Shown: piece by piece, positions 1-8,483 of the stretch
How the letters are laid out: every line of letters begins with the position of its first letter
Numbering within the stretch: the stretch's first letter is position 1
Origin: Spirochaetota bacterium
GTDB taxonomy: Bacteria > Spirochaetota > UBA6919 > CBDBPB01
Assembly: GCA_965208615.1 (NCBI GenBank)
Contig: CBDBPB010000007.1
Location: 32,001-96,000, forward strand
Length of the DNA stretch: 64,000 nt
Direction: 5' to 3'
Made by a program: the position numbers and the translations under genes
Notes under the pieces: model-generated
Databases searched by the model: none
What the model was told of the DNA's origin: nothing
What the model saw: the letters and a program-made list of their open reading frames with translations, nothing else

Positions 1-198
1 GTCCCTAATGCTGGTTGTTCAGAAGAGGGTCGTAGTGGTGAATGTAAAAGTAGTTTGCTTACCTTTTACACCTATAAAATTGGTGTTAGTGACATTGATA
101 ATGGAATTGTAAAAACTCTTAAAGGAGCTGAAGGTGAAGCTGGGAAGTGTGAAACTGAAATGTCCGGAGTATGGAAAGACTTACCATCGACTAAATAA
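1..198 (+). CDS. 3' end (partial) of a diverged Cys-rich paralog of the two downstream lipoproteins
   Basis: Frame 1 reads VPNAGCSEEGRSGECKSSLLTFYTYKIG...GKCETEMSGVWKDLPSTK*. This matches the GCSE-x-G-xx-G-x-CK...TYK...CE...G-x-W pattern at the C-terminus of ORFs 365 and 1914. Confidence 0.8.
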   Translation, partial: VPNAGCSEEGRSGECKSSLLTFYTYKIGVSDIDNGIVKTLKGAEGEAGKCETEMSGVWKDLPSTK

Positions 199-224
199 GT
201 TAGCTTAATTAACTTAAATAATAG

Positions 225-253
225 AACCATAGCTTTTTAGGCTATGGTTTTTT
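225..253 (+). terminator. Rho-independent terminator
   Basis: AACCATAGCT-loop-GGCTATGGTT hairpin followed by a T run, just after the stop at 198. Confidence 0.75.
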
Positions 254-262
254 ATGTTTTAG

Positions 263-291
263 TTGACTTTTTTAAATTAACTATTTATTTT
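263..291 (+). promoter_or_regulatory. Putative sigma70 promoter of the lipoprotein gene (duplicated at ~1812-1840)
   Basis: TTGACT-17 bp-TATTTT, with an AGGGGA RBS before the ATG at 365. AT-rich context weakens this call. Confidence 0.4.
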
Positions 292-364
292 TAACGAAAT
301 ATTATTTTAATTTTTAAAAATACTATTAAATATAGTTGCTTGCACTTAAAATAGGGGATTATTC

Positions 365-1381
365 ATGATAATAAGGATTTTTCTGTTAATTATAAGTTTA
401 TCATTAACGATATATTTGGTTAGCTGTGGTGAGGGTAAAGGTGAAAATATAGTTGAAAAAGCCACTGGTGGAAGTGGTACTGGTAGTGGTGGAACAGGTG
501 CATGTGAGATTATTGTTCATAGTGATAGTTGGGTATATAAAGAAGTTAAAAAAAGCCTATGTTTTAAGGATATTACAGAGGATCAGTGTAATAGTTATAA
601 GGATAAACTAAGCAAACATAAATATACTGAAAAGAAGGTTATATTTTATATACCTATAACTTTCCCTCTTGGTGATATAAGCCTAAAAAGTAGTTATACA
701 AAAGGTAAGAGCTGTTCTGATGATAGAGATGTTAGTGGTATTTGTACAATTGATAGTACAACGGCTTATGTTTATAAAAATAGCTATATAAGTCATGGTG
801 GTGCTACTGAGATTATTGCTAGTGGTGTTGTTTTTAATAAGCTTAAGGCTGTATGTACAAATAAGGGGGATAATGATTTTGGTGGTGAGTGGACTGATGG
901 TAAGGTAGAACCTGAAAAAGATAATAATAAAGAAGAGGATAATAATAAAGAAGAGGATAATAATAAAGAAGAGGATAATAATAAACCTAGTCCGTCGTCT
1001 ACTGGTGCTTGTGAGGTTAAGCTTACCACAAAGACGAACTCTAACTTTAAAAAGAGCTTATGCTATGAAAGTGTTACAAAAACTCAGTGTGATACTTATG
1101 AGTATGAGGCAACCTCAAGAATAAAAGGTGATTCAACTGCCAAAATTATGTTTAGTGGTGCAAAGAGTGAGTTTAAAGAAAATAAAGGTTGTTCAGAACC
1201 AGGGGATATTACTGGTACTTGCAAAACTGATGCTATTACCTATCACACTTATAAGGACTCTGGACATGGGTTAGTTGTTGATGGTGTTATTAGAAGCAGT
1301 ACTAAAACTCAATGTGAAAAGAGTAAAGCTGATGGTGGTGATGGCGGTACATGGAGCAAAGAAACTAACTTTATAAACTAA
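365..1381 (+). CDS. Cys-rich lipoprotein with two six-Cys domains and an EEDNNK linker
   Basis: Signal peptide ending LVS-C. Two internal repeats of the form GACE..KKSLC..QC..CS..G-x-C..C..GG-x-W. Confidence 0.85.
   Translation: MIIRIFLLIISLSLTIYLVSCGEGKGENIVEKATGGSGTGSGGTGACEIIVHSDSWVYKEVKKSLCFKDITEDQCNSYKDKLSKHKYTEKKVIFYIPITFPLGDISLKSSYTKGKSCSDDRDVSGICTIDSTTAYVYKNSYISHGGATEIIASGVVFNKLKAVCTNKGDNDFGGEWTDGKVEPEKDNNKEEDNNKEEDNNKEEDNNKPSPSSTGACEVKLTTKTNSNFKKSLCYESVTKTQCDTYEYEATSRIKGDSTAKIMFSGAKSEFKENKGCSEPGDITGTCKTDAITYHTYKDSGHGLVVDGVIRSSTKTQCEKSKADGGDGGTWSKETNFIN
920..985 (+). repeat. 18-bp tandem repeat (DNNKEE, about 3.7 copies)
   Basis: GATAATAATAAAGAAGAG repeated. Confidence 0.9.
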
Positions 1382-1386
1382 TACAA

Positions 1387-1470
1387 GCCCAGATGGTGGA
1401 ATTGGTAGACACGCTAGCTTGAGGGGCTAGTGGGAGTATTCCTGTGTTGGTTCGAGTCTGGCTTTGGGCA
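1387..1470 (+). tRNA. tRNA-Leu(GAG), degenerate duplicate (possible pseudo-tRNA)
   Basis: Identical to 3191-3274 except C>T at 1447, 1448, 1459 and 1464. These give three G-U pairs in the T stem and one in the acceptor stem. Confidence 0.8.
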
Positions 1471-1513
1471 TAAATAAAATTTTGTATTTAAGAAATAATA
1501 ATATTGACGTCTT

Positions 1514-1722
1514 TTAAAAGTCAGCTTTTTGCTCTGCTTTCTTAGTATTAGCTTTTATCCAGTTATAAATAAGCAAAGTACTAGCTAAAGCAAATATAAT
1601 TATCCCAGTAAACTGAGCCGCACTTAAACTAATTATGTTTTTAGGGGTATCATTCCTTATAATCTCTATCAAAAACCGACTAACAGAATAATACAAAGCA
1701 GATATAAAAAAAAGCAGTTCCT
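1514..1722 (-). pseudogene. lgt: Duplicated 3' fragment of lgt
   Basis: Encodes YYSVSRFLIEIIRND...QKADF, identical to the C-terminus of lgt (3318-3500). The 5' part of the gene is missing. Confidence 0.9.
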
Positions 1723-1774
1723 TATTAAATAAAAAGTCAACTACTTAAGTTAGCTTAATTAATTTAAATAATAG

Positions 1775-1802
1775 AACCATAGCTATAGAGCTATGGTTTT
1801 TT
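1775..1802 (+). terminator. Duplicated terminator hairpin
   Basis: AACCATAGCT-ATAG-AGCTATGGTT followed by a T run. Confidence 0.7.
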
Positions 1803-1913
1803 ATGTTTTAGTTGACTTTTTTAAATTAACTATTTATTTTTAACGAAATATTATTTTAATTTTTAAAATTACTATTAAATATAGTTGCTTGCACTTAAAA
1901 TAGGGGATTATTC

Positions 1914-3185
1914 ATGATAATAAGGATTTTTCTGTTAATTATAAGTTTATCATTAACGATATATTTGGTTAGCTGTGGTGAGGGTAAAGGTGAAAATATA
2001 GTTGAAAAAGCCACTGGTGGCGGTGGAAGTGGTACTGGCGGTGGTGGAAGTGGTACTGGTGGCGGTGGAAGTGGTACTGGTGGTGGTGGAAGTGGTACTG
2101 GCGGTGGTGGAAGTGGTACTGGCGGTGGTGGAAGTGGTAATGGCGGTGGTGGAAGTGGTAATGGTGGCGGTGGAAGTGGTACTGGCGGTGGTGGAAGTGG
2201 TAATGGCGGTGGTGGAAGTGGTACTGGTGGTGGTGGAAGTGGTACTGGCGGTGGTGGAAGTGGTACTGGTGGTGGTGGAAGTGGTACTGGTGGTGGTGGA
2301 AGTGGTACTGGTGGTGGTGGAAGTGGTACTGGTGGCGGTGGAAGTGGTACTGGTGGTGGCGGTACTTGTGAACCTGAAGAAAACAAAAACCCTTTTGTAA
2401 GTAAATGTGAGATTACTGTTCATAGTGATAGTGGGCTGTATAAAGAAGTTAAAAAAAGCCTATGTTTTAAGGATATTACAGAAAAGCAATGTAATAGTTA
2501 TAAGGATAAACTAAGCAAGCATTATCAGGGTATATCTATATCCCCTGTTGGTAATATAAGCCTAAAAACTAGTTATACAAAAGATAAGAGCTGTTCTGAT
2601 GATAGAGATGTTAGTGGTACTTGTACAATTGATAGTACAACGGCTTATGTTTATAAAAATAGCTATATAAGTCATGGTGGGGCTACTGAGATTATTGCTA
2701 GTAATATTGTTTTTAAGAAGCTTAAGACTGTATGTACAGGTAAAGAGGATAATGATTTTGATGGTGAGTGGACTGATGGTAAGAAGGTTGAACCTCAAGA
2801 AGATAAGTGTAAAGTTAAGGGTGCATGTGAGATCAAGTTTACCAAAAAGGATAATTCTAACTTTAAGAAAAGCTTATGTTATGGATATGTTACAAAAACT
2901 CAGTGTGATACTCATACATCAAAAGTAAATAATGATCCACGTACCAAAATTATGTTTAGTGGTGCAAAGAGTGAGTTTAAAGAAAATAAAGGTTGTTCAG
3001 AACCAGGGGCTATTACTGGTACTTGCAAAACTGATAGTGTTATCTATCACACTTATAAGAACTCTGGACATGGGTTAGTTGTTGATGGTGTTATTAGAAG
3101 CAATACTAAAACTCAATGTGAAAAGAGTAAAGCTGATGGTGGTGATGGCGGTACATGGAGCAAAGAAACTAACTTTATAAACTAA
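1914..3185 (+). CDS. Cys-rich lipoprotein paralog with a long Gly/Ser tether
   Basis: Signal and lipobox identical to ORF 365. Then (T/N)GGGGSG x16 and the same two six-Cys domains plus two extra Cys. Confidence 0.85.
   Translation: MIIRIFLLIISLSLTIYLVSCGEGKGENIVEKATGGGGSGTGGGGSGTGGGGSGTGGGGSGTGGGGSGTGGGGSGNGGGGSGNGGGGSGTGGGGSGNGGGGSGTGGGGSGTGGGGSGTGGGGSGTGGGGSGTGGGGSGTGGGGSGTGGGGTCEPEENKNPFVSKCEITVHSDSGLYKEVKKSLCFKDITEKQCNSYKDKLSKHYQGISISPVGNISLKTSYTKDKSCSDDRDVSGTCTIDSTTAYVYKNSYISHGGATEIIASNIVFKKLKTVCTGKEDNDFDGEWTDGKKVEPQEDKCKVKGACEIKFTKKDNSNFKKSLCYGYVTKTQCDTHTSKVNNDPRTKIMFSGAKSEFKENKGCSEPGAITGTCKTDSVIYHTYKNSGHGLVVDGVIRSNTKTQCEKSKADGGDGGTWSKETNFIN
2013..2363 (+). repeat. 21-bp tandem repeat, 16 full copies, encoding (T/N)GGGGSG
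   Basis: A(CT/AT)GGYGGYGGTGGAAGTGGT repeated, with synonymous variants. Confidence 0.95.
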
Positions 3186-3190
3186 TACAA

Positions 3191-3274
3191 GCCCAGATGG
3201 TGGAATTGGTAGACACGCTAGCTTGAGGGGCTAGTGGGAGTATTCCTGTGCCGGTTCGAGTCCGGCTCTGGGCA
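3191..3274 (+). tRNA. tRNA-Leu(GAG)
   Basis: Acceptor stem GCCCAGA/TCTGGGC-A, anticodon arm CTAGC-TTGAGGG-GCTAG, long variable arm, T arm GCCGG-TTCGAGT-CCGGC. CCA is not encoded. Confidence 0.95.
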
Positions 3275-3317
3275 TAAATAAAATTTTGTATTTAAGAAAT
3301 AATAATATTGACGTCTT

Positions 3318-4424
3318 TTAAAAGTCAGCTTTTTGCTCTGCTTTCTTAGTATTAGCTTTTATCCAGTTATAAATAAGCAAAGTACTAGCTAAAGCAAATA
3401 TAATTATCCCAGTAAACTGAGCCGCACTTAAACTAATTATGTTTTTAGGGGTATCATTCCTTATAATCTCTATCAAAAACCGACTAACAGAATAATACAA
3501 AGCAAATATAAGAAAAAGCAGTCCCTCAAACTTAAATCTATTACGATAACGAGTGTAAATAAACTCCAAAATAAAAAATATAAAAAAGCCACTTATAGCT
3601 GAAATAAGTTGTGTAGGGAAAATAAAAGTACTGTTTTGTAAGCCGCTTTCAAAAATATGAGTATATGTATCATAAGTAGGATTTGAAAGGTAGCCTCCTA
3701 TATGAGAATGCCTATCAAACAATGACAACGGTATACTTAAAAAATGATTATCCTTATCAATTAAGCCAAAACAACAACCAGCAAAATTACAGCCAAGACG
3801 AGCAAAACCAACACCCAAAGCTAAAGAAGGAGCAAATATATCAGCTGTTTTACCAAGAGGCAAACCATTTTTCTTAATGTAATAAATGCTAACAGCTACT
3901 CCACAAATAAACCCACCATAAGCCACAAACCCACCAGAGCTTATATCAAAAAGACTAAACAAATTACTAAAAAAGGCCATAGGTGGATTAACTATTCCAC
4001 TATCACTAATCACGCTATACTCAAAAAGCATAAAAAATAGTCTTGCACCAATAACAGATGCTATAAGACCCCATAATGCAATATCACTAACAATATTCTT
4101 AGGAATATTTACTTTTTTAGCCTTTCTAATAACAAGTAAAACCCCTAACAAAAACGCCAAAGCCAACATAAAACCATAACTGTTAAAGTCCATGGACTTT
4201 TGGCCTGTTACAACTAATAATCCTAAGATTATGAAAATGAAAAGAAAAAAATAAAATAGACCATTAAATACCTTATATAAGCTCGTATTGCCTTTCTTAA
4301 GCTTCTTACCCTCAATATGCCTCAGGTAATAAAAAATAAAGGACAATATAGCAGATATAATAATAATTAAAATAGTCTTATCGCTAATAAAATCAATTGG
4401 GATCTGGAATAACTTAGGATACAC
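3318..4424 (-). CDS. lgt: Prolipoprotein diacylglyceryl transferase
   Basis: MYP start, SYGFMLALAF, IGARL, YGG, RLGCNFAGCCFG, PTQL and RFLIEIIR motifs. Confidence 0.92.
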   Translation of the reverse strand: MYPKLFQIPIDFISDKTILIIIISAILSFIFYYLRHIEGKKLKKGNTSLYKVFNGLFYFFLFIFIILGLLVVTGQKSMDFNSYGFMLALAFLLGVLLVIRKAKKVNIPKNIVSDIALWGLIASVIGARLFFMLFEYSVISDSGIVNPPMAFFSNLFSLFDISSGGFVAYGGFICGVAVSIYYIKKNGLPLGKTADIFAPSLALGVGFARLGCNFAGCCFGLIDKDNHFLSIPLSLFDRHSHIGGYLSNPTYDTYTHIFESGLQNSTFIFPTQLISAISGFFIFFILEFIYTRYRNRFKFEGLLFLIFALYYSVSRFLIEIIRNDTPKNIISLSAAQFTGIIIFALASTLLIYNWIKANTKKAEQKADF

Positions 4425-4545
4425 CTTAAAACCTAACTTAACTTTAATAAATAATCAGTGCCTAAGAAGACTGTAATAACAAAGTCTAAGCAAAATAGCC
4501 AAAACTAATATATATAGCCCTCAATAACACTGATTTATAATAATT

Positions 4546-5415
4546 CTAATTTAACTTATCAAAAATAGTGTCAGCAACCTGAGATGGAGTATCACATACA
4601 GGTACACCCACAGCACTTAATGCCTTAATCTTACTCTCAGAAGTACCCATACCACCGGATATAATAGCACCAGCATGACCCATTCTCTTACCCTCAGGTG
4701 CAGTTCTACCAGCAATAAACGCAACAACAGGCTTTTTAATATTATCCCTAATGAACTCAGCGGCCTCCTCTTCATCTGTACCACCAATCTCACCAATCAT
4801 GGCTATGGCTTTAGTTTCTGGATCACCGTTGAATAAAGTCAATACATCAATAAAATTAGTGCCAATAATAGGATCACCACCAATACCAATACAGGTACTC
4901 TGTCCAAGACCCTTTAAGGTAAGAGAATATACAATCTCATAAGTTAAGGTACCACTTTTTGATACCACCCCAACAGAACCAGGCTTTGCAATATGACCAG
5001 GCATAATACCAATCTTACTCTTACCAGGAGATAATAAACCAGGACAATTAGGTCCAACTAAACGTACATCCTTACCCTTAATATAATTATATACCCGTAG
5101 AGCATCATTAACAGGTACACCCTCAGTAATACATATAACTAACTTAACGCCACTCTCAACAGCCTCTAACATAGCATCACCAGCAAAAGCAGCAGGTACA
5201 TAAATTACACTGGCATTAGCACCAGTTTCATTTACAGCCTCATTCATACTATTGAAAACAGGTACACCATCCATTTTTTGTCCACCCTTGCCAGGTGTAA
5301 CACCCCCAACAACCTTAGTACCATAATCTATCATCTGCTTAGTGTGGAATGAACCATCCCTACCTGTAATCCCCTGAACCAAAACTCTAGTGTTTTTATC
5401 AATTAAAATACTCAC
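4546..5415 (-). CDS. sucD: Succinyl-CoA synthetase alpha subunit
   Basis: QGITG, GPNCPG, GGDP and RMGHAGA motifs. Confidence 0.97.
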   Translation of the reverse strand: MSILIDKNTRVLVQGITGRDGSFHTKQMIDYGTKVVGGVTPGKGGQKMDGVPVFNSMNEAVNETGANASVIYVPAAFAGDAMLEAVESGVKLVICITEGVPVNDALRVYNYIKGKDVRLVGPNCPGLLSPGKSKIGIMPGHIAKPGSVGVVSKSGTLTYEIVYSLTLKGLGQSTCIGIGGDPIIGTNFIDVLTLFNGDPETKAIAMIGEIGGTDEEEAAEFIRDNIKKPVVAFIAGRTAPEGKRMGHAGAIISGGMGTSESKIKALSAVGVPVCDTPSQVADTIFDKLN

Positions 5416-5444
5416 TTTAAATACTCCTTCAAATCAATTAACTT

Positions 5445-6578
5445 TTAGGCACTAGCATTCTCAACAGCTAACTTAACAGCCTCGTTCATAGTCTTTGCCC
5501 CTATTAAATCAGTCTTAGCTAAAATATCCCTAGCTATATCCTCATTAGTACCAGTAAGACGAACAACTATAGGAATGTCAATCTTAATCTTACTAAGCCC
5601 CTCGATTATACCATTGGCAATGTCATCACACCTTGTTATACCGCCAAAAATATTAAATAAAATAGACCTAACATTCTTGTTAGACATAATTATCTCTAAA
5701 GCAGTAACCACCTTCTGAGGATTAGAACTACCTCCTACATCCAAGAAGTTTGCAGGCTCACCATTGTAAAGCTTAACAACATCCATAGTGGCCATAGCTA
5801 AACCAGCCCCGTTAACAACACAACCAACATTACCATCCAATGGAACAAATGATAAACCAGCCTCATCAGCCTTTAACTCTAAAGGATCAACCGCATCCAT
5901 ATCCATAAGCTCTCTCAAACCAGGACAACGGTCTAATGCATTATCATCAAAGTTAATCTTAGCATCAGCCGCAACTAACCGCCCATCACCCAATATGGCA
6001 AATGGATTAATCTCCACCAGTGAACAGTCCTTGTCCATAAAAATATTATACAACTTCTCAGTAGTGGATATAGCCATCTTAAGCTGAGCCTTATCCGTAA
6101 ATATATTCTCAAAAAGCCTTTTAACATGATATAACTTTATACCAACAAGAGGATCTATACTAGCCTTAAGTATCTTCTCTGGAGTTTTAGCGGCAACCTC
6201 TTCAATATCCATACCCCCAGCCTCGCTTACCATTATAGTTACTTTTTTAGGTCCACGATCCAAAATTAAACCAACGTATAACTCCTTTTTAATATCAACA
6301 GCCTCTACTACTAAAACTTTTTTTACAGTTAAACCCTTAATATCCATACCCAATATCTTATTAGCGGCATCTTTAGCCTGCTCTGGACTATCCGCAAGCT
6401 TAACCCCACCAGCCTTACCCCTACCACCAACGTGTACCTGAGCCTTTACTACAACCTTTTTACCTATTTCTTTTGCAATCTGATAAACTTCATCAGCCGA
6501 AGAGGCTACCTTACCCCTAGGAGTAGGAATATTATATTGCTCAAAAATCTCTTTTGCCTGATATTCATGGATCTTCAA
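5445..6578 (-). CDS. sucC: Succinyl-CoA synthetase beta subunit
   Basis: KIHEYQAK, GGRGKAGGV, NGAGLAMAT and NIFGGITRCD motifs. Confidence 0.97.
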   Translation of the reverse strand: MKIHEYQAKEIFEQYNIPTPRGKVASSADEVYQIAKEIGKKVVVKAQVHVGGRGKAGGVKLADSPEQAKDAANKILGMDIKGLTVKKVLVVEAVDIKKELYVGLILDRGPKKVTIMVSEAGGMDIEEVAAKTPEKILKASIDPLVGIKLYHVKRLFENIFTDKAQLKMAISTTEKLYNIFMDKDCSLVEINPFAILGDGRLVAADAKINFDDNALDRCPGLRELMDMDAVDPLELKADEAGLSFVPLDGNVGCVVNGAGLAMATMDVVKLYNGEPANFLDVGGSSNPQKVVTALEIIMSNKNVRSILFNIFGGITRCDDIANGIIEGLSKIKIDIPIVVRLTGTNEDIARDILAKTDLIGAKTMNEAVKLAVENASA

Positions 6579-6864
6579 TGCTAGTCTCCTTAAATAAATA
6601 TTTTAATACTCCAAAACCTTAAAATTATAACAAAAATAACACTTCTATAAAAGCATAAAATATAAAATAATTCTTAATCTTATGCCTTATAAAAAATATA
6701 TATCAAAATTAATATAGAAAAAGAAGATAGGCAAGTCTATTTATGCTAATCGTGCTACTTATGCTAACTTTTAAAAAAAAATAAACATTTTTAAAACAAA
6801 GCACCCAATCATTTTTTATTGGACAAATACCTTAGAAGTTTTTTTAGCTAAATTATTAGAAAGC

Positions 6865-8202
6865 TTAATTAAACTTTTGTAAAATCTTAATAAAAGCATC
6901 CATTTCTTTTTTAGTTCTTTTTTCTGTTACAGATAGCAATAAAAGGTTTTTACTATCGGAGCCATAAAAATCTTCCAATGGCAATCCCCCTATAAAACCC
7001 TCATTGAGTAAAGCCTCATTGACAACCTTAGGGGATACCTCCAAATGCACAAGAAATTCATTAAAAAAAGGCTTGTCATAAACTAACTTAAAAGAATTTA
7101 AACTACAAATCCTGTTCTGCAAATAATGTGCTTTGTGATAAGCAAGGTTAGATGCTTCTTTTAAACCATCCTCACCCAAAAGTGAAAGATATATTAAACC
7201 CCTTAAAGCCATGAGTGCCTGATTTGAACATATATTTGATGTAGCCCTCTCCCTTTTTATATGCTGTTCACGAGTCTGGAATGTAAGACAATATCCTTTT
7301 TGTGAAAGAACGTCATTAGTCTCTCCCACTACCCTACCTGGTATCCGCCTTATATACTCAGAACGACAAGATAAAAAACCAAAGTGTGGACCACCAAAAG
7401 CCATATAACTACCAAGAGATTGTCCATCACCAACTACTATATCAGCCTTCCAGTCACCTGGAGAAGGTAAAAAGCCTAAAGAAAAGGGATAACAACCAAC
7501 TATTAATAAGCTATCGCCCAAATCAGCCTTTAAGCCTCTATAATCCTCTATTATGCCAAAGAAATTAGGACTCTGGATACAACAACATGCGGTATTATTG
7601 GTTAATAAAGACTTTAGACGGTTAAAGTCAGTTTGGCCGTTTATATGGTCAACAATTTTTATAGTTATATTTCTACCCGATAAATAAGTTTTTAACACCT
7701 CGATCCACTCAGGGTGAATAGTATTGGATACAATAACCTCAGATTTTTTAGTTATATCCACAGCCATCAAAACCGCCTCAGCCAGAGCAGAACTCCCATC
7801 GTATAAAGAACCGTTGGATATATCCATAGCAGTCAGCCGTGAAATTATACTCTGATACTCAATGATAGACTGTAATACACCCTGGCTTGCCTCAGGCTGA
7901 TATGGGGTATAAGCAGTATAAAACTCGCTTCTATTCGCCAGAGCATCAAGAGCTGGAGGTATATAGTGATCGTAAATACCGCCGCCTAAAAAAGATGTAT
8001 GGTTTGAAAGGGATATATTTTTTTTAGATAGTCTTTTTATTTTCTCAGAGACCTGAAGCTCATTTGAACCACTTTTTAAGCCGATATCATCTATATTAAT
8101 TAGTTCTTTTGGAATGTGAGAAAAGAGATCATCAATACTATTAGCTCCAATAGCTTTTAACATCGATGTTATATCACTTTTAGTATGGGGTATATAGTCC
8201 AT
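6865..8202 (-). CDS. gcvPA: Glycine dehydrogenase (decarboxylating) subunit 1
   Basis: MDYIPHT, FYTAYTPYQPEASQG and TREQHIKRERATSNICSNQAL motifs. Confidence 0.95.
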   Translation of the reverse strand: MDYIPHTKSDITSMLKAIGANSIDDLFSHIPKELINIDDIGLKSGSNELQVSEKIKRLSKKNISLSNHTSFLGGGIYDHYIPPALDALANRSEFYTAYTPYQPEASQGVLQSIIEYQSIISRLTAMDISNGSLYDGSSALAEAVLMAVDITKKSEVIVSNTIHPEWIEVLKTYLSGRNITIKIVDHINGQTDFNRLKSLLTNNTACCCIQSPNFFGIIEDYRGLKADLGDSLLIVGCYPFSLGFLPSPGDWKADIVVGDGQSLGSYMAFGGPHFGFLSCRSEYIRRIPGRVVGETNDVLSQKGYCLTFQTREQHIKRERATSNICSNQALMALRGLIYLSLLGEDGLKEASNLAYHKAHYLQNRICSLNSFKLVYDKPFFNEFLVHLEVSPKVVNEALLNEGFIGGLPLEDFYGSDSKNLLLLSVTEKRTKKEMDAFIKILQKFN

Positions 8203-8401
8203 ATTTTGTCCCAAAAATTAGTTTAAGATTAGAATAATAATAAAAATTTTAGATATATAAAAACTTTTTATTTTTATGTTATATTTGTTATCAAACGTTC
8301 TATTGGGTTACTCTAAAAGGGTCCTAAGGGATAATATTGGGGTGAAAAGCCTATTCTAGTGTATGCATATTTTTTTTATTAGAATAATTCTTTATCTAAA
8401 A

Positions 8402-8467
8402 GCTAGAGTAATTAGTAACAGATAATTTAGTTATCATTTTATGACAGAGCCTACAACGTAAAAAGCA
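8402..8467 (-). mobile_element. Short remnant of the dispersed degenerate element (inverted relative to the 50.4-kb copy)
   Basis: 8422-8444 is a 23/23 match to the reverse complement of 50773-50795. GCTAGAGT.ATT.GTAA at 8402 resembles the element end at ~50920. Confidence 0.55.
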
Positions 8468-8483
8468 AACTAACAAAACTCTT

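Larger units (their letters stand above)
196..1722 (+). repeat. Tandem duplication unit 1 (terminator, promoter, lipoprotein, tRNA copy, lgt 3' fragment)
   Basis: 196-~470 is nearly identical to 1746-~2020. 1471-1700 is identical to 3275-3504. Confidence 0.9.
1746..3526 (+). repeat. Tandem duplication unit 2
   Basis: Same order of parts as unit 1, continuing into the intact lgt. Confidence 0.9.

Noticed and set aside
2013-2363. Synthetic (G4S)n linker or vector contamination
   Set aside because: The unit is a 7-mer with Thr/Asn variants and AT-biased codons, inside a native paralog whose sister has a short version.
1895-2423. Poly-Pro, Thr/Ser and Val-rich ORFs (1895-2386, 1953-2423, 2002-2400), and 793-1029
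   Set aside because: Shadow frames of the GGGGSGT and EEDNNK repeats. The lipoprotein frame has the RBS, signal peptide and paralog support.
365-3185. Diversity-generating retroelement TR/VR pair
   Set aside because: Differences between the paralogs are not adenine-specific and include indels. No reverse transcriptase is in the window.
1387-3274. Prophage or genomic island with attL/attR at tRNA-Leu
   Set aside because: The whole tRNA plus upstream and downstream chromosomal DNA is duplicated, not just a tRNA 3' end, and there is no integrase. It fits tandem duplication better.
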